Sequence record: OR896827.1
Strand: one strand, 5' to 3'
Origin: Escherichia phage MikeNSara
Length of the DNA: 50,759 nucleotides
Shown: positions 20,248 through 30,861 of the stretch, in pieces
Layout of the letters: every line of letters begins with the position of its first letter
How positions within the stretch are numbered: the stretch's first letter is position 1
Position numbers and translations under genes: made by a program
Notes under the pieces: generated by a model
Told to the model about the DNA's origin: nothing
Database searches by the model: none
What the model saw: only the letters and a program-made list of their open reading frames with translations

Positions 20248-20516
20248 TAATTACACCTCAAATCAATAAATTTACTTTCATTTTGCCAGCGGTTGATAAA
20301 TTTAACTTCTTTATTGTCAACGCTCAACCTGTATTGCTTTTGGCTGAATCTGTTTTCGCGGACTGCATTAATTTTAACTTCATGGAATCCGTTAACAGGG
20401 AATGTTTTAACGTTAAATTTTGCCGTGCAGTCGATCTCATTGAAGTTGCCAGTAGGAGACGCTGCGCACCCGGTCAGAGCGGCTACGGTGGCGATAACTG
20501 CGATTAATTTTTTCAT
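20247..20516 (-). CDS. outer-membrane lipoprotein, Cor-like superinfection exclusion candidate
   Basis: Signal peptide plus lipobox LTGC (MKKLIAVIATVAALTGC); ~89 aa; sits next to the host-specificity gene as cor does in T1/phi80/N15; start moved from TTG 20522 to ATG 20516 with RBS AAGGAG. Confidence 0.55.
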   Translation of the reverse strand: MKKLIAVIATVAALTGCAASPTGNFNEIDCTAKFNVKTFPVNGFHEVKINAVRENRFSQKQYRLSVDNKEVKFINRWQNESKFIDLRCN

Positions 20517-20547
20517 CTTCAATACTCCTTAGTTGTCGTTTCCTGTA

Positions 20548-20590
20548 ACTATACACGATCCGACAAGCGGCGTTTAGCAAAAAGTGCTAC
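20548..20590 (-). promoter_or_regulatory. motif-type promoter cassette (leftward, 19-nt variant) for Cor-like operon
   Basis: GTTTAGCAAAAAGTGCTAC at 20572..20590, 18-bp spacer, -10 TATAGT on minus strand; lipoprotein ATG 20516 downstream. Confidence 0.45.
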
Positions 20591-20689
20591 TTGTTATTTT
20601 TTGTTTTTCGGTGTTATCGAATTTAAGACGGCGTAAATTTAGTGCAAATTTTAGCCAACATAAGGGCAATAAACAATCAATAAAATAGA

Positions 20690-21017
20690 TATATACATAT
20701 AAAATCAATAGTTTATTTATTTATGTATGTATATTTGTTTTTTCTTGTTATCTGTGTTTCTTGTGGTTTTGGTTGTTTGTGGTGATTTTTCTTTATGAGT
20801 ATCTGTATGTGCCATCATTCATGTGTATGTATATAATCCGGCGTATCTGAGAGAACAATGGAACAAGAAAAATAACACATATTAATCATTAACTTACGTG
20901 TCAAATTTGTTTTCTTGCCATCTGAGAACGTTTAGAAAACAGAAAAAACAAAACAACTATTGACTAAATCAACCAAATGGCTACAATGCACAAACAAAGC
21001 AACCAGGAGCATTAAAG
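20690..21017 (+). repeat. AT-rich control region, paralog A
   Basis: Shares ordered blocks with 40960..41298: TTTATTTATTTAT(G/A)T..TGTAT, TTTTGTTATCT, GTATCTGTATGTG, AACAAGAAAAA, TTGAC(T/A) promoter, AACCAGGAG RBS. Confidence 0.6.
20960..20987 (+). promoter_or_regulatory. sigma70-type promoter (TTGACT-16-TACAAT) upstream of recombination module
   Basis: Near-consensus -35 and -10 hexamers with 16-bp spacer, AT-rich upstream region; RBS and ATG 21018 about 30 nt downstream. Confidence 0.6.
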
Positions 21018-22073
21018 ATGAGTGATTTTAACGCCTACACTAGCGAAGAAATGAGCAACGAGCTTTATCATGATCCTAACGCATGGACGGCTGAATATGT
21101 CAGCGGTTCCAGCCTGGCGGAGATTTACAGCACTTGCCCGGCGTACTGGAAGTACAAGCCTCGCCAGGAAACCAAAGCACTTGTTTTCGGTACGCAGTCG
21201 CATACCAATTTTGAAAGCAAGGAGTTATTCGAAAAAACATATCGCCGCGCACCGTCGCAGGATGATTTTAAAGATCTGATCACAAGTCAAACGGCGTTAG
21301 CCTCAAAGCTGAAATCTTTTGGCCTGAAAGGTACGACGGGTAAGCAATACCCTGAATTGCTGGAAATGCTGTACAAGTGCGGTGAGGATCTCAATGTGTG
21401 GTGGCTTATCGAAATGATGGCAGAATGCCAGGCCGCAGCGGACGGCGTGCAGCTAATCGACGCGAAAGATTATGATGCCTGTGTAGCGATGCGGCGCGTA
21501 CTTGAGGCAATACCTGAGCATAATGCTTGCATGAATAGCCCAACCGCGCAGCGTGAAATGTCAATATTCGGGATCATCAATGGCGTAAAAGTTAAAGTGC
21601 GCCTTGATCACGTTGACGTAAACAAGGATGTAAAGGCCACAATCATTAACGGTTACGACGAAAAAGGCCGACCGATTTATGAAGAAGTCATCTATCCAGA
21701 AGCTGTGATTATCACTGACTATAAAACAACGGTTAGCGCAAATCCGGTTGACTTCCAGCGCCTGGCTTACAATCACGGCTATTATCTCAAAATGGCTTTG
21801 CAGCATGATTTATTTAAAAAGGCGTATCCAGACGAGGAAAGGCCAGTAATTGTGAGATTGCTTGCTCAAGAAAAGAAAGAGCCTTACTTGCCGCTCGCAT
21901 TCCGCATGAACATTGAGCAATTGAAGATCGGGCGTATCCAGTACATGAGCGTGATCAACAAGTTCAACGTTTGCCAACAGTTAGATGAATGGCCTTCGTA
22001 TGCAAACGGGCAACCAGAGATTGATCTTGATACTCCTGATTGGGTCCGCGCTCAATTCAGGCAGTATCTATGA
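21018..22073 (+). CDS. PD-(D/E)XK family recombination exonuclease
   Basis: First gene after a consensus sigma70 promoter; RBS AGGAG; (D/E)xK-type motif ...IITDYKT...; precedes Erf and SSB. Confidence 0.55.
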   Translation: MSDFNAYTSEEMSNELYHDPNAWTAEYVSGSSLAEIYSTCPAYWKYKPRQETKALVFGTQSHTNFESKELFEKTYRRAPSQDDFKDLITSQTALASKLKSFGLKGTTGKQYPELLEMLYKCGEDLNVWWLIEMMAECQAAADGVQLIDAKDYDACVAMRRVLEAIPEHNACMNSPTAQREMSIFGIINGVKVKVRLDHVDVNKDVKATIINGYDEKGRPIYEEVIYPEAVIITDYKTTVSANPVDFQRLAYNHGYYLKMALQHDLFKKAYPDEERPVIVRLLAQEKKEPYLPLAFRMNIEQLKIGRIQYMSVINKFNVCQQLDEWPSYANGQPEIDLDTPDWVRAQFRQYL

Positions 22074-22134
22074 CAAACTAAATAAATAGCTAAACTTTTA
22101 TAATGGTTGGTGATATAATTCGCCAACCAGATAA

Positions 22135-22803
<669 letters not shown>

Positions 22804-22807
22804 TAAA

Positions 22808-22830
22808 CGGGGCGCTTGCGCCCCTTTTGT
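22808..22830 (+). terminator. intrinsic terminator after erf
   Basis: GGGGCGC-TTG-CGCCCC plus T4. Confidence 0.55.
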
Positions 22831-22846
22831 CATAGGAGAAAACAAA

Positions 22847-23299
22847 ATGCACGTTATTACAGGTGAGATCCGAAAAGAGCCAAAAGTAAAGCAAATGCCT
22901 AACGGCAGCACGCTATATGTTGTTGAGCTTTCCGAACGATATAAAGACCGTGAAGGCAATTGGCAGTATACAAACTATGTATTTTTCTTTAACGCGAAAA
23001 CAGACGGCCTGAATGGTTGGTATGCTGAGGCGTTCCAGGTTGGTAAGGTTATTTCTGTTTCCTGCGACACCTTGCGGGTTGAAACGCGAGAATACAACGG
23101 AAAGATTTACAGCACCGTGCAGCCTGGCGGATTTGCAAACTTGCTATTTAGCCAGCGAGGTGAAAGCCAGCAACAATATCAGCAGCGAACGCAAGGAGGC
23201 TTGGGGCAACCACAACAGCAACAGCAACAAAACCATCAACAGCAACCACAGCAAAGCAATCAGCCTCCGATTGACTTTGACGACGACATACCCTTCTAA
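22847..23299 (+). CDS. ssb: single-stranded DNA-binding protein
   Basis: OB-fold N-terminal domain, Q/G-rich linker, acidic C-terminal tail DFDDDIPF; start set to ATG 22847 with RBS AGGAG. Confidence 0.85.
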   Translation: MHVITGEIRKEPKVKQMPNGSTLYVVELSERYKDREGNWQYTNYVFFFNAKTDGLNGWYAEAFQVGKVISVSCDTLRVETREYNGKIYSTVQPGGFANLLFSQRGESQQQYQQRTQGGLGQPQQQQQQNHQQQPQQSNQPPIDFDDDIPF

Positions 23300-23303
23300 T
23301 AAC

Positions 23304-23336
23304 AAAAATCCCCGCACAAGCGGGGATTTTTTTATT
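23304..23336. terminator. bidirectional terminator between ssb and convergent tail fibre gene
   Basis: AAAAATCCCCGC-ACAA-GCGGGGATTTTTTT. Confidence 0.75.
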
Positions 23337-25467
23337 CTGTATCTGTTGGATTGTTGATTAATTTCGCTACCGCTTTTTTTAGATCCTCTATCTCTTTCTC
23401 CATTTTCTCAATTTTGTTTCCCATGTAGACCATAGCGCAAGCCATATCAGCCATTATAACGTTATTGTCAAGAGCTAGTGTATCATCTGCTTTGTCAACC
23501 ACAATCTGACGATCCACATATTCTTCACCTTCATCATTAACGCCTATAACATCTGCAAAAATGTCCCCTCCAGGTATTAGCTTTACATATTCAGGATCTA
23601 TTTTTAACAGATCCTGCGCTATCATCCCGAATCGCTGGATGTTGCTTCCATTGTATTTAAACATTGTCGGCATCCACTGCATAACGCGATCATAGCTTTC
23701 CTTTCCATCTGTATAAATTATATCGTGCTTTAAATCTCTGTCAGAGTTAGCGGCCTTTTGAAAAATGAAATTTCCACTTGATGACCATGTGGTTATATCG
23801 TTTGATACTGGATTAAACTGGAAGTTACAGAAAAAATCATGATCACCACGAAGCCTTAACGAGCAAAGAGGCCATGCATTATTACCTTGTGAGATAAGAC
23901 CCCAAGTTGCACGAATCGGGTATCCACCAGTTGATTGTGTAGCCCAAGATAATCCAGGACACCAGCCGCCATCATTATTGGTTATAATTTCACCCCAAAC
24001 AAGAGCATTACCCCAATAATTTGGATCGTCCCACCCCATTTGTTGAGTTCTTCCGGTGTATTGAGCAGAATGCGTTCTGCCGTCAGGGTAAAACTTGTGC
24101 ATATAGCTTTGAACACCATGCTTATACAGTTCAATCCCAAAAGACTCAATTTGGGTAGAGCCACCTCTGATCAAACCTGCGATAGCGTAATCGTCATACC
24201 AGTTGTAACGACTTACACCAGTCCATGTGCTGATTGGTGGATTCATAATTGAAAACAATTGCGACGCATTTCGCTCATTCCCATCTACATAAATACCAGC
24301 CCCAGGAGCTAAGGAAATGCTTTTCGCTCCTGAAAAAGCACCATTTTCATTAAACTGATAATACTGTGATGCCCCATTATGAAATACGCCTATTGTATGC
24401 TTTCCTACGCCTAATTGAGTTTCAAAATAAGACTGAGAAGATCCAATATCTTCACCTTGTGTATTCTTTAGTTTTGAATGGTATATACCTGCGTTTGCAG
24501 TAGTTGCATTTTCCGTTTCGTTTTCAACATTAAGACTCAAAAACTTTGGTGAATGTTTTTCGCCAAGTCCTATATTGTTTCTGATGCCATTTGCGTCAAT
24601 AGCTCCAGTGCCACCAGAAGAAATAGCTAAAGGAACAGTTTCAAATGACCCATACCCTGATACGTCCCTCTGGAAAACAAGAAGACCATCATCTCTGATA
24701 ACAAGCCTATATTCTCTATTTCTAGAGTACAAGATAGTATGCACGTAGTCCTGAAAAAATGAATCAATGCTAAGCGTCCGGCGAGCTTCATCAATGTCAG
24801 AAAGATCTTTAAGGTTCTGATCCTTATGCACTAGATTTTCAGGATTTACCTGTTGCGCCCACTGGCGAGCTTCATCACGCGCAGTTTCAGCGCCAGCCTT
24901 TGCATTATTTGCCTCAACGGCATGATTGCCAGCAGTATCGCGCGCCAGTTCAGCCTGATCGCGAGCATCAAAAGCCTCCTGTTTAATAGCTTCCGTTTCT
25001 GCAATAGCAGAATCCTTTATCTGTTGAGTGTCATTTTTTAATTGTTCAGTGGCTGCGCGATCTGTTGCTACTTGTTGCGCAGATTCCTTAGCTTGATTCA
25101 CCAGATCCTTTAAGCCATCCAAATCAAAATCTTTAAAAAACTCTATTGCTTCTGCAATTTCTGTTTCCTTGCTCTGGTAATAACGCAAAGTTTCCGCTAC
25201 ATCCTGCGCAAGCCCGTCAACCGTTAACGAGTCATGAAGCAAGATCAGGTAATTTGTCTTCTGGACTACCGCGCCGCCAGTAGTAATTGCGCGAATGCTT
25301 GTATCGCTAATCACTTCTGTGATCACAGCAGCTTGCAAAGGTTGAGTGAGAAAGAAAATGGTTGCACCTGGGCGAATCAATGTTAATTGCTCGCGCCATT
25401 TTGTGTCGTAACCAGTTACATAACCTTGAGCGTCCATAGACGCTTGGCCTTGTCTGTAAATCGCCAT
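23332..25467 (-). CDS. tail fibre protein with C-terminal intramolecular chaperone (peptidase S74-like) domain
   Basis: C-terminal ~130 aa ([13 protein letters not shown]...[15 protein letters not shown]...coiled coil) resembles auto-cleaving chaperone domain of endosialidase/T5 L-shaped fibres; start moved from GTG 25491 to ATG 25467 (RBS AGGAGG); flanked by bidirectional terminators. Confidence 0.7.
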   Translation of the reverse strand: MAIYRQGQASMDAQGYVTGYDTKWREQLTLIRPGATIFFLTQPLQAAVITEVISDTSIRAITTGGAVVQKTNYLILLHDSLTVDGLAQDVAETLRYYQSKETEIAEAIEFFKDFDLDGLKDLVNQAKESAQQVATDRAATEQLKNDTQQIKDSAIAETEAIKQEAFDARDQAELARDTAGNHAVEANNAKAGAETARDEARQWAQQVNPENLVHKDQNLKDLSDIDEARRTLSIDSFFQDYVHTILYSRNREYRLVIRDDGLLVFQRDVSGYGSFETVPLAISSGGTGAIDANGIRNNIGLGEKHSPKFLSLNVENETENATTANAGIYHSKLKNTQGEDIGSSQSYFETQLGVGKHTIGVFHNGASQYYQFNENGAFSGAKSISLAPGAGIYVDGNERNASQLFSIMNPPISTWTGVSRYNWYDDYAIAGLIRGGSTQIESFGIELYKHGVQSYMHKFYPDGRTHSAQYTGRTQQMGWDDPNYWGNALVWGEIITNNDGGWCPGLSWATQSTGGYPIRATWGLISQGNNAWPLCSLRLRGDHDFFCNFQFNPVSNDITTWSSSGNFIFQKAANSDRDLKHDIIYTDGKESYDRVMQWMPTMFKYNGSNIQRFGMIAQDLLKIDPEYVKLIPGGDIFADVIGVNDEGEEYVDRQIVVDKADDTLALDNNVIMADMACAMVYMGNKIEKMEKEIEDLKKAVAKLINNPTDTE

Positions 25468-25484
25468 TTGTAAAATCCTCCTAA

Positions 25485-25504
25485 ATAGCACTTTTTGCTA
25501 ATGA
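25485..25504 (+). repeat. 20-bp motif copy (variant) next to tail-fibre start, no canonical -10
   Basis: ATAGCACTTTTTGCTAATGA; expected -10 position reads TTTCAA. Confidence 0.45.
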
Positions 25505-25532
25505 CAATTCAGATAATAGCATTTTCAAATGC

Positions 25533-25558
25533 AAAAAAAAACCCCGCATAAGCGGGGC
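25533..25558 (-). terminator. intrinsic terminator after primase gene (minus strand)
   Basis: CCCCGC-ATAA-GCGGGG preceded on + strand by A9, i.e. T-run on minus strand. Confidence 0.7.
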
Positions 25559-25573
25559 AATACTAGCGGAGTT

Positions 25574-26503
25574 TTATAGTAGTGATTCGGGCTTGTAGAG
25601 TTTTCTTTCTACGCCCTGTTTAAAATTATCGTCAACAGGCATCATTATGTCAAGACCTCTTTCCTCTGCCGCGATTATCACATCACGATCATCTTTCCGG
25701 CAGACTACTCGCATTCTTCTTTCTCCTTTATATCTATGCGCAACCATTTCAAGATTTGAAGGAGTAAAGCAAGCCCACACCTCTTGACCAGTTGATAAAT
25801 GAACATGCTGGGAATCAACCCAATCAAGGCACAAATAGATCGTCTTATCTGTGCTACCTGTTTTAACAACAGATCCGCGCGTGTAGTCGCGAGCTAAAAA
25901 CCAATCCTTTCCATCCTCATCAATGAAAAGCACGTTACACATTTCATCATCAAGCCCGTCATCATGCACCAAGTGACAAGGTAGCGCGTGAATGTATCGA
26001 CCATCCTTGACGCCGCAATCATAATGACAACCTTCCGTCGGATATATCCCCTCATAAACGCTTAAAGGTGTGCGATCGAATTTTAATGTTTTTGCCATCA
26101 CTTTTTCGCAGCATTCATGACTTGCCTGTTTCCCGAACAAGTAACCAGAAGAACGCGAAGCGCGTTTGTTTGCTCTGATCCTGTAATCCTGCGGCACTTT
26201 TCCGAGGAAGCGACCCAAAATATTGATGGCCTCGCTGTAAGGTTCGCCAGTTAATTTCATTAACCAACCGATCCCCGTGTCGTTACCGCATACGTTGCAG
26301 ATAGCGCCGCCGTCGCCCTCTTCATTTAGCTTATCAGTCCATCTAAAACGATCCTTGCCGCCGCAGTGTGGGCAAGGCTGATGCTTTTTGTTGAAAACAT
26401 CGCTATGCAGTCCGCAAATGCTTTGTAGTGCTTCACGCCATAACCCCTTCATATATGGCAAAACATCTTCTTTCTGATAGGTCATAAAGTTTTCAGTATT
26501 CAT
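25574..26503 (-). CDS. DNA primase (zinc-ribbon + Toprim-like)
   Basis: CxxC...CxxC zinc ribbon (CPHCGGKDRFRW ... CNVCGN) followed by acidic Toprim-like region (DEDGKDW, DD); start moved to ATG 26503 with RBS GAGG; intrinsic terminator downstream. Confidence 0.7.
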   Translation of the reverse strand: MNTENFMTYQKEDVLPYMKGLWREALQSICGLHSDVFNKKHQPCPHCGGKDRFRWTDKLNEEGDGGAICNVCGNDTGIGWLMKLTGEPYSEAINILGRFLGKVPQDYRIRANKRASRSSGYLFGKQASHECCEKVMAKTLKFDRTPLSVYEGIYPTEGCHYDCGVKDGRYIHALPCHLVHDDGLDDEMCNVLFIDEDGKDWFLARDYTRGSVVKTGSTDKTIYLCLDWVDSQHVHLSTGQEVWACFTPSNLEMVAHRYKGERRMRVVCRKDDRDVIIAAEERGLDIMMPVDDNFKQGVERKLYKPESLL

Positions 26504-26558
26504 GGCAAACCTCAATAAAAAAGCCCAGCAAATATTATCATTTCGCTGGGCCTTATCA

Positions 26559-27035
26559 TTAGCTATTCGTGCTGTTATCACCTTTGTAGAATCGTCCGCC
26601 TGGTTCGTAGTCTGAATTTTTGACTACGCGCAACATTTCGTATTTGTCGCAACGGGTAGTAAGAGGCTTGCCGTTAGAATCAAACCGCAGATCTGGACGA
26701 CAAAATGATGCGCGGTATCCTTTGCACCCATTATATTTGTAGTCGTTATGCACCTTTTGTGCTCCAGCGGCTGAAATCATACCACGCTTTCGCCACTGGT
26801 TAACGACTTGCTGAGATACGCGCAGACGTCGGGCCATAGCAGGAACACCGCCGTAATACTCGATCAGAATGTCAAGGCGAGATTTCAGACTTGCTTTTAC
26901 CTCATCTCGCAGGATAAGAAATCCGGTTCGGTGTTTTCGTGGCTTTTTGTCTTTACCTCGTCGCGTTCCGTTGTTACCGTTAATAGTGCGCTTGTCGATC
27001 TCACCAGTAGATACTGCAATTCGTGCATCTTTCAT
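26559..27035 (-). CDS. HTH DNA-binding protein (Cro/YdaS-like)
   Basis: RBS GAGGTG; central helix-turn-helix GGVPAMARRLRVSQQVVNQWRKRG; basic N-terminus. Confidence 0.5.
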   Translation of the reverse strand: MKDARIAVSTGEIDKRTINGNNGTRRGKDKKPRKHRTGFLILRDEVKASLKSRLDILIEYYGGVPAMARRLRVSQQVVNQWRKRGMISAAGAQKVHNDYKYNGCKGYRASFCRPDLRFDSNGKPLTTRCDKYEMLRVVKNSDYEPGGRFYKGDNSTNS

Positions 27036-27046
27036 CTAGTCACCTC

Positions 27047-27090
27047 ATAGCATTTTTTGTTAAAACAGTTTATTGTAATGAGTCTATTAT
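27047..27090 (+). promoter_or_regulatory. motif-type promoter cassette (20-mer + 18-bp spacer + TATTAT)
   Basis: ATAGCATTTTTTGTTAAAAC followed after 18 bp by TATTAT; helicase ATG 27123 downstream. Confidence 0.55.
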
Positions 27091-27122
27091 ATACTCCAAA
27101 TGGCATTTTTTAAAGGTTTAAG

Positions 27123-29120
27123 ATGATTCCAAATATCGAAAAACAAATATCAGCGTTAGGCGAGGCAGTAATAAAAAGCATCCAAGAGCGATTCACGGTT
27201 GGCAATATAGTGCCTTATCCTTATCAGTGCGTTGCGTATGCCGAGATCGCAAAGCGCATGAAAAACTATGAGCATCCTTTCTTTGTTAAGGCTTCTGTGT
27301 CGGCTGGCAAAACATTGATGTTTGCGATGGTTGCGGCGCAATGCCGCAAAATGGGATTGAAAATGATGGTCCTTGCTCGCCAGGCTGAAATTGTTGATCA
27401 GGATTCGGAAGAGATCAGCAATCTTGGCGTGCCAAACTCAATCTATTGCGCCGGACTGAAAACAAAAAGCGCATACTTTCCGATCGTAGTCGGTTCTGAG
27501 GGCACTGTAGTAAACGGATTGTTTAAGTCTTTAGGTGATTATGTTCCGCACGTTATCGGTATTGATGAATGTCACCAGGTGGATTGGGAGGATCTCGCGG
27601 ACGCGATAGAAAATAATGAATCTTACCAGCAGATGACCACTAAGAAGGATTTGCCTGTACTGATTGGAGAAGAACAGCAATTTGATTCCAATGGCGATCC
27701 AATGTTCGGAACAGGGCGCACACAGTACACGGTAATAATCATGGAAATGATGCGCAGGTGTCGCGAGGCATACGGGCACGAATTGCGAATATTCGGTATG
27801 ACTGGATCTGAATTTCGCGGCGTGGTTCCAATACTGGTTGAAGATAAGAACAAAAAGGGATTCTGGCGTGAGCAGGTGACTAACATAGACACAAACTACT
27901 TAATCAAATTCGGTTCTGTAGTGCCAACAAATTTCGGCGACGTAGGCGACCTGGGGTATGACCTTTCAGAGTTCGAAGCCAGTAGCGAGGATGGCGTTTC
28001 AGACTTTGACGCTAAAACATTGCGCAAGATGGAAGAAAAAATCCATCAAGACGCAACAATGACACAGAAAATCATGGCTAAAGTCCATGAGATATGCAAA
28101 GACAGGAACGGAGTTTTAGTTACATGCGCAGGGGAAAGACACTGCAAGGAGGCCGCCGCCGCACTGCCGCCAGGCGTTGAATACAGGATCATAACTGGCA
28201 AGACTGGAGATAATCAGCGTAAAGAGTGGCTGAGGGAGGCATACGAGGGAAAAGTAAAATACATCTTCCAGGTACAGGCGCTTACCACTGGCGTTAACGT
28301 TCCGTTTTGGGATACTTCTGTAATACTGAGAAAGATAGGATCTCTAACATTGCTTATCCAGCTTTTGGGGCGCGGTATGCGACTGCTTAAGCAATGGCAC
28401 ATTGAGCAGGGATTCAAGAAAAAAGACCATCTTGTATTGGATTTTGCCGGTACTATGGATGAGTTAGGGGATTTGTATTTCGATCCAATCCTTGAGCAAG
28501 CGCAATTCCAAAAGAGATTTACAAACGGGAAAGAGCCTAAGACTTGTCCGATATGTGGAACGCTAAACAGCTTTTACGCTCGCCGATGTATGCACGTAGA
28601 CGATAACGGGAAGAGATGCGAGCATTTTTGGACTTACAGAATTTGCGAGGACCAGGTAGATCCGAGAACGAAAAAGATAATCAAGCGCGGTTGCGGAACA
28701 AAAAACGACGTAGTGGCGAGAGTATGCCGTTGTTGCGATATTTCTCTTGTCGATCCTAACGAGAAGTTAAGCGGCAAGCACTACACCAAAAACGATTGGT
28801 GCAACGTTAAATCTTTCCGCGTTGATATGACGAAAAACCAGAAAGGAATTGTTTTTTGCTATGAGCTTGAGGCCAACGGCGACACGTTCAAGGCATACGA
28901 AAGATTTTTCCCTGAGTCAGAAAGCAACATTTGCCGTACGATATGGAGAAAAATAGCATTGCAGCACATACCGGATCGCAAGATTGCTGGTATGGTGGCG
29001 AGCTATAGAAATGCGCGCAAAATAATGTCATACGCTCATCACATCATGCCTCCTGTACGCGTAACGCATCGCAAAAACGGCAAAGGTGAGGATAACATTG
29101 CAAAACGGGAGTTTGTTTAA
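27123..29120 (+). CDS. superfamily 2 DNA helicase (DExH) with C-terminal zinc fingers
   Basis: Walker A-like SAGKT, DExH box (GIDECHQ), C-terminal Cys clusters (CPICG, CRCC); preceded by motif-type promoter. Confidence 0.8.
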   Translation: MIPNIEKQISALGEAVIKSIQERFTVGNIVPYPYQCVAYAEIAKRMKNYEHPFFVKASVSAGKTLMFAMVAAQCRKMGLKMMVLARQAEIVDQDSEEISNLGVPNSIYCAGLKTKSAYFPIVVGSEGTVVNGLFKSLGDYVPHVIGIDECHQVDWEDLADAIENNESYQQMTTKKDLPVLIGEEQQFDSNGDPMFGTGRTQYTVIIMEMMRRCREAYGHELRIFGMTGSEFRGVVPILVEDKNKKGFWREQVTNIDTNYLIKFGSVVPTNFGDVGDLGYDLSEFEASSEDGVSDFDAKTLRKMEEKIHQDATMTQKIMAKVHEICKDRNGVLVTCAGERHCKEAAAALPPGVEYRIITGKTGDNQRKEWLREAYEGKVKYIFQVQALTTGVNVPFWDTSVILRKIGSLTLLIQLLGRGMRLLKQWHIEQGFKKKDHLVLDFAGTMDELGDLYFDPILEQAQFQKRFTNGKEPKTCPICGTLNSFYARRCMHVDDNGKRCEHFWTYRICEDQVDPRTKKIIKRGCGTKNDVVARVCRCCDISLVDPNEKLSGKHYTKNDWCNVKSFRVDMTKNQKGIVFCYELEANGDTFKAYERFFPESESNICRTIWRKIALQHIPDRKIAGMVASYRNARKIMSYAHHIMPPVRVTHRKNGKGEDNIAKREFV

Positions 29121-29539
29121 TGGCTATAACTGATAAAGGCGATTATCTTGAGTTTTACGAAAGGGATCCAACCGACACGAGAAGGGAAGTTAATCACCAG
29201 ATAGATAGTTTTCAGTGGTTGACTTATGCTCATCCTTATTTGCTGGCGTGGCATACGGTAAACGAGAATGAGAAGTCTAAAGCAACGGCGATGATTGATC
29301 AGCAGTCCGGCTTGGTTAAGGGAGTAAGCGATTTCATCATCCTGATTGGTTTAAACGGAAAATACCCCTTTGCAGCGATTGAGATCAAACGAGTGAATAA
29401 ATCAGGCAAGGGGAAAGCATCACCAGTCAGCGATGAACAAAAGGCTTTTTTGCGTCGCGTTCGCAGCTTAGGAGGATTCGCTGCGGTAGCCTACGGATTC
29501 AATCAGTTTAAGTTGGCTATTGAATACATGCTTAAATAG
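29120..29539 (+). CDS. VRR-NUC domain nuclease
   Basis: TAATG overlap with helicase; PD-(D/E)XK core GVSDFIILIG...AIEIK and SDEQKAFL typical of VRR-NUC. Confidence 0.65.
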   Translation: MAITDKGDYLEFYERDPTDTRREVNHQIDSFQWLTYAHPYLLAWHTVNENEKSKATAMIDQQSGLVKGVSDFIILIGLNGKYPFAAIEIKRVNKSGKGKASPVSDEQKAFLRRVRSLGGFAAVAYGFNQFKLAIEYMLK

Positions 29540-29579
29540 CACTTTTTGTTAAAACTGGCGCGATGGATTGCGCCATAAT
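29536..29579 (+). promoter_or_regulatory. motif-type promoter cassette
   Basis: ATAGCACTTTTTGTTAAAAC, 18-bp GC-palindromic spacer, CATAAT; overlaps VRR-NUC stop; Dam ATG 29619 downstream. Confidence 0.55.
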
Positions 29580-29618
29580 TCAATAACACGAGATGGCTTT
29601 TAATAGCGGAGAAATGAA

Positions 29619-30344
29619 ATGGCTAAAGATATTTTAGATAAAGACACCCATGACGCATTCGTTAGCTTTGAGCAGTTGGAGAGAGAAACGTTTATAGGGA
29701 ATGCCCTTGCAATTGGAGGCCATTACCATGCAGTAAAGCCAAATCAATATTATAAGGTAAGCGGCAACCGATACGCTGGAAGCACCACGCCTGACGTTGT
29801 GCGCGATATGTGGAGCACGCCTCAAGAGATCGTGGAGTGGATGGAATCAGAATTTGGTGAATACGATCTCGACGCGGCAGCAAGCCAGGAAAACGCAGTT
29901 TGCGAGAAGTTCTATAGCAAGGAAACAAACTGCTTAAAGCGTTGGTGGGGTAGCAACAAGCACGTATGGCTTAACCCGCCGTACAGCAACCCAACTCCAT
30001 TTATCAAGAAAGCAATTGAGCAAATGGAGCACAACAACCAAATTGATGTTTTGTTGCCAGCCGACAACTCTACAGCATGGTTTTATGAGGCGCAGAAAAA
30101 CGCGGCTGAAATCATCTGGATCACTGGTGAGGTTTACGAAGAGGGTGGAGTAGAATACTCCCGCACCGGAAGAATTGCCTTTGTGTCTGGATTGACTGGT
30201 GAGCCTGTGCAGGGAAACAACAAGGGAAGCGTGATTTTTGTCATGCGCAAACTTAAAGAAGGCGAGGAGCAGAAAACGCGATACGTTAAGATCAGCGATA
30301 TTTGCCCTTCTGTAACCGAACGTCGCGCACGCAAACGGAGCTAA
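29619..30344 (+). CDS. dam: DNA N6-adenine methyltransferase (phage Dam family)
   Basis: WSTPQ, DLDAAAS and catalytic NPPYS motifs of phage Dam-type MTases; RBS GGAG; motif promoter upstream. Confidence 0.8.
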   Translation: MAKDILDKDTHDAFVSFEQLERETFIGNALAIGGHYHAVKPNQYYKVSGNRYAGSTTPDVVRDMWSTPQEIVEWMESEFGEYDLDAAASQENAVCEKFYSKETNCLKRWWGSNKHVWLNPPYSNPTPFIKKAIEQMEHNNQIDVLLPADNSTAWFYEAQKNAAEIIWITGEVYEEGGVEYSRTGRIAFVSGLTGEPVQGNNKGSVIFVMRKLKEGEEQKTRYVKISDICPSVTERRARKRS

Positions 30345-30348
30345 CACG

Positions 30349-30606
30349 ATGGAAAAAGAGAGAAGCGTTTATTTAAATGAAACTGGCGAGTGGTTGTTAT
30401 TTCGCGCTATGGTGTGCGATGCACTTGATAAAAACCCTAACGTGAAAAAGATGATTGATTGCGATCCGTGGGAATTTTCAAGCGCATTAGATATGAGCTT
30501 TGAGGAGACAAGAAAACTCCCGCTTGAAAAATGGCACGAACAAATCAGAAATGACATGCAAGAGTTTGTTGATTCGTGGAATTTTCAGCACGGAATGATC
30601 CACTAA
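30349..30606 (+). CDS. hypothetical protein
   Basis: ORF with RBS ACGGAG; stop abuts 20-bp motif. Confidence 0.5.
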   Translation: MEKERSVYLNETGEWLLFRAMVCDALDKNPNVKKMIDCDPWEFSSALDMSFEETRKLPLEKWHEQIRNDMQEFVDSWNFQHGMIH

Positions 30607-30649
30607 TAGCACTTTTTGTTAAAACGCCCGGCCTAGTGTCGGGCATAAT
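30606..30649 (+). promoter_or_regulatory. motif-type promoter cassette
   Basis: ATAGCACTTTTTGTTAAAAC, 18-bp spacer gcccggcctagtgtcggg, CATAAT; the same spacer occurs inverted at 33829..33846. Confidence 0.55.
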
Positions 30650-30681
30650 TATTTCAACGAAGCAAACATGAGGAAATAAAA

Positions 30682-30861
30682 ATGGTGGTATTCGATAAAC
30701 GCGCTTTTAATCTTGCTCAAGAAGTAGCAAAAGGTTCAGTAGAGGGCGGATCAAAGGAAGGATTCCAGTTTGATTGGGGAATCGCGATGTTCTTACTGAA
30801 AGTTGCATACGGTCACGCGCCAATTGAACAAGCGGAGGCATATTATAAGCATGAAGGTTGA
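30682..30861 (+). CDS. hypothetical small protein (59 aa)
   Basis: Not in ORF track (<60 aa); ATG 30682 with RBS GAGGA, ~30 nt downstream of a motif-type promoter. Confidence 0.4.
   Translation: MVVFDKRAFNLAQEVAKGSVEGGSKEGFQFDWGIAMFLLKVAYGHAPIEQAEAYYKHEG

Noticed and set aside
23013-23357. 114-aa + strand ORF overlapping the 3' end of ssb and the bidirectional terminator
   Set aside because: Alternative frame of ssb running through the terminator hairpin; no RBS; low-complexity product.
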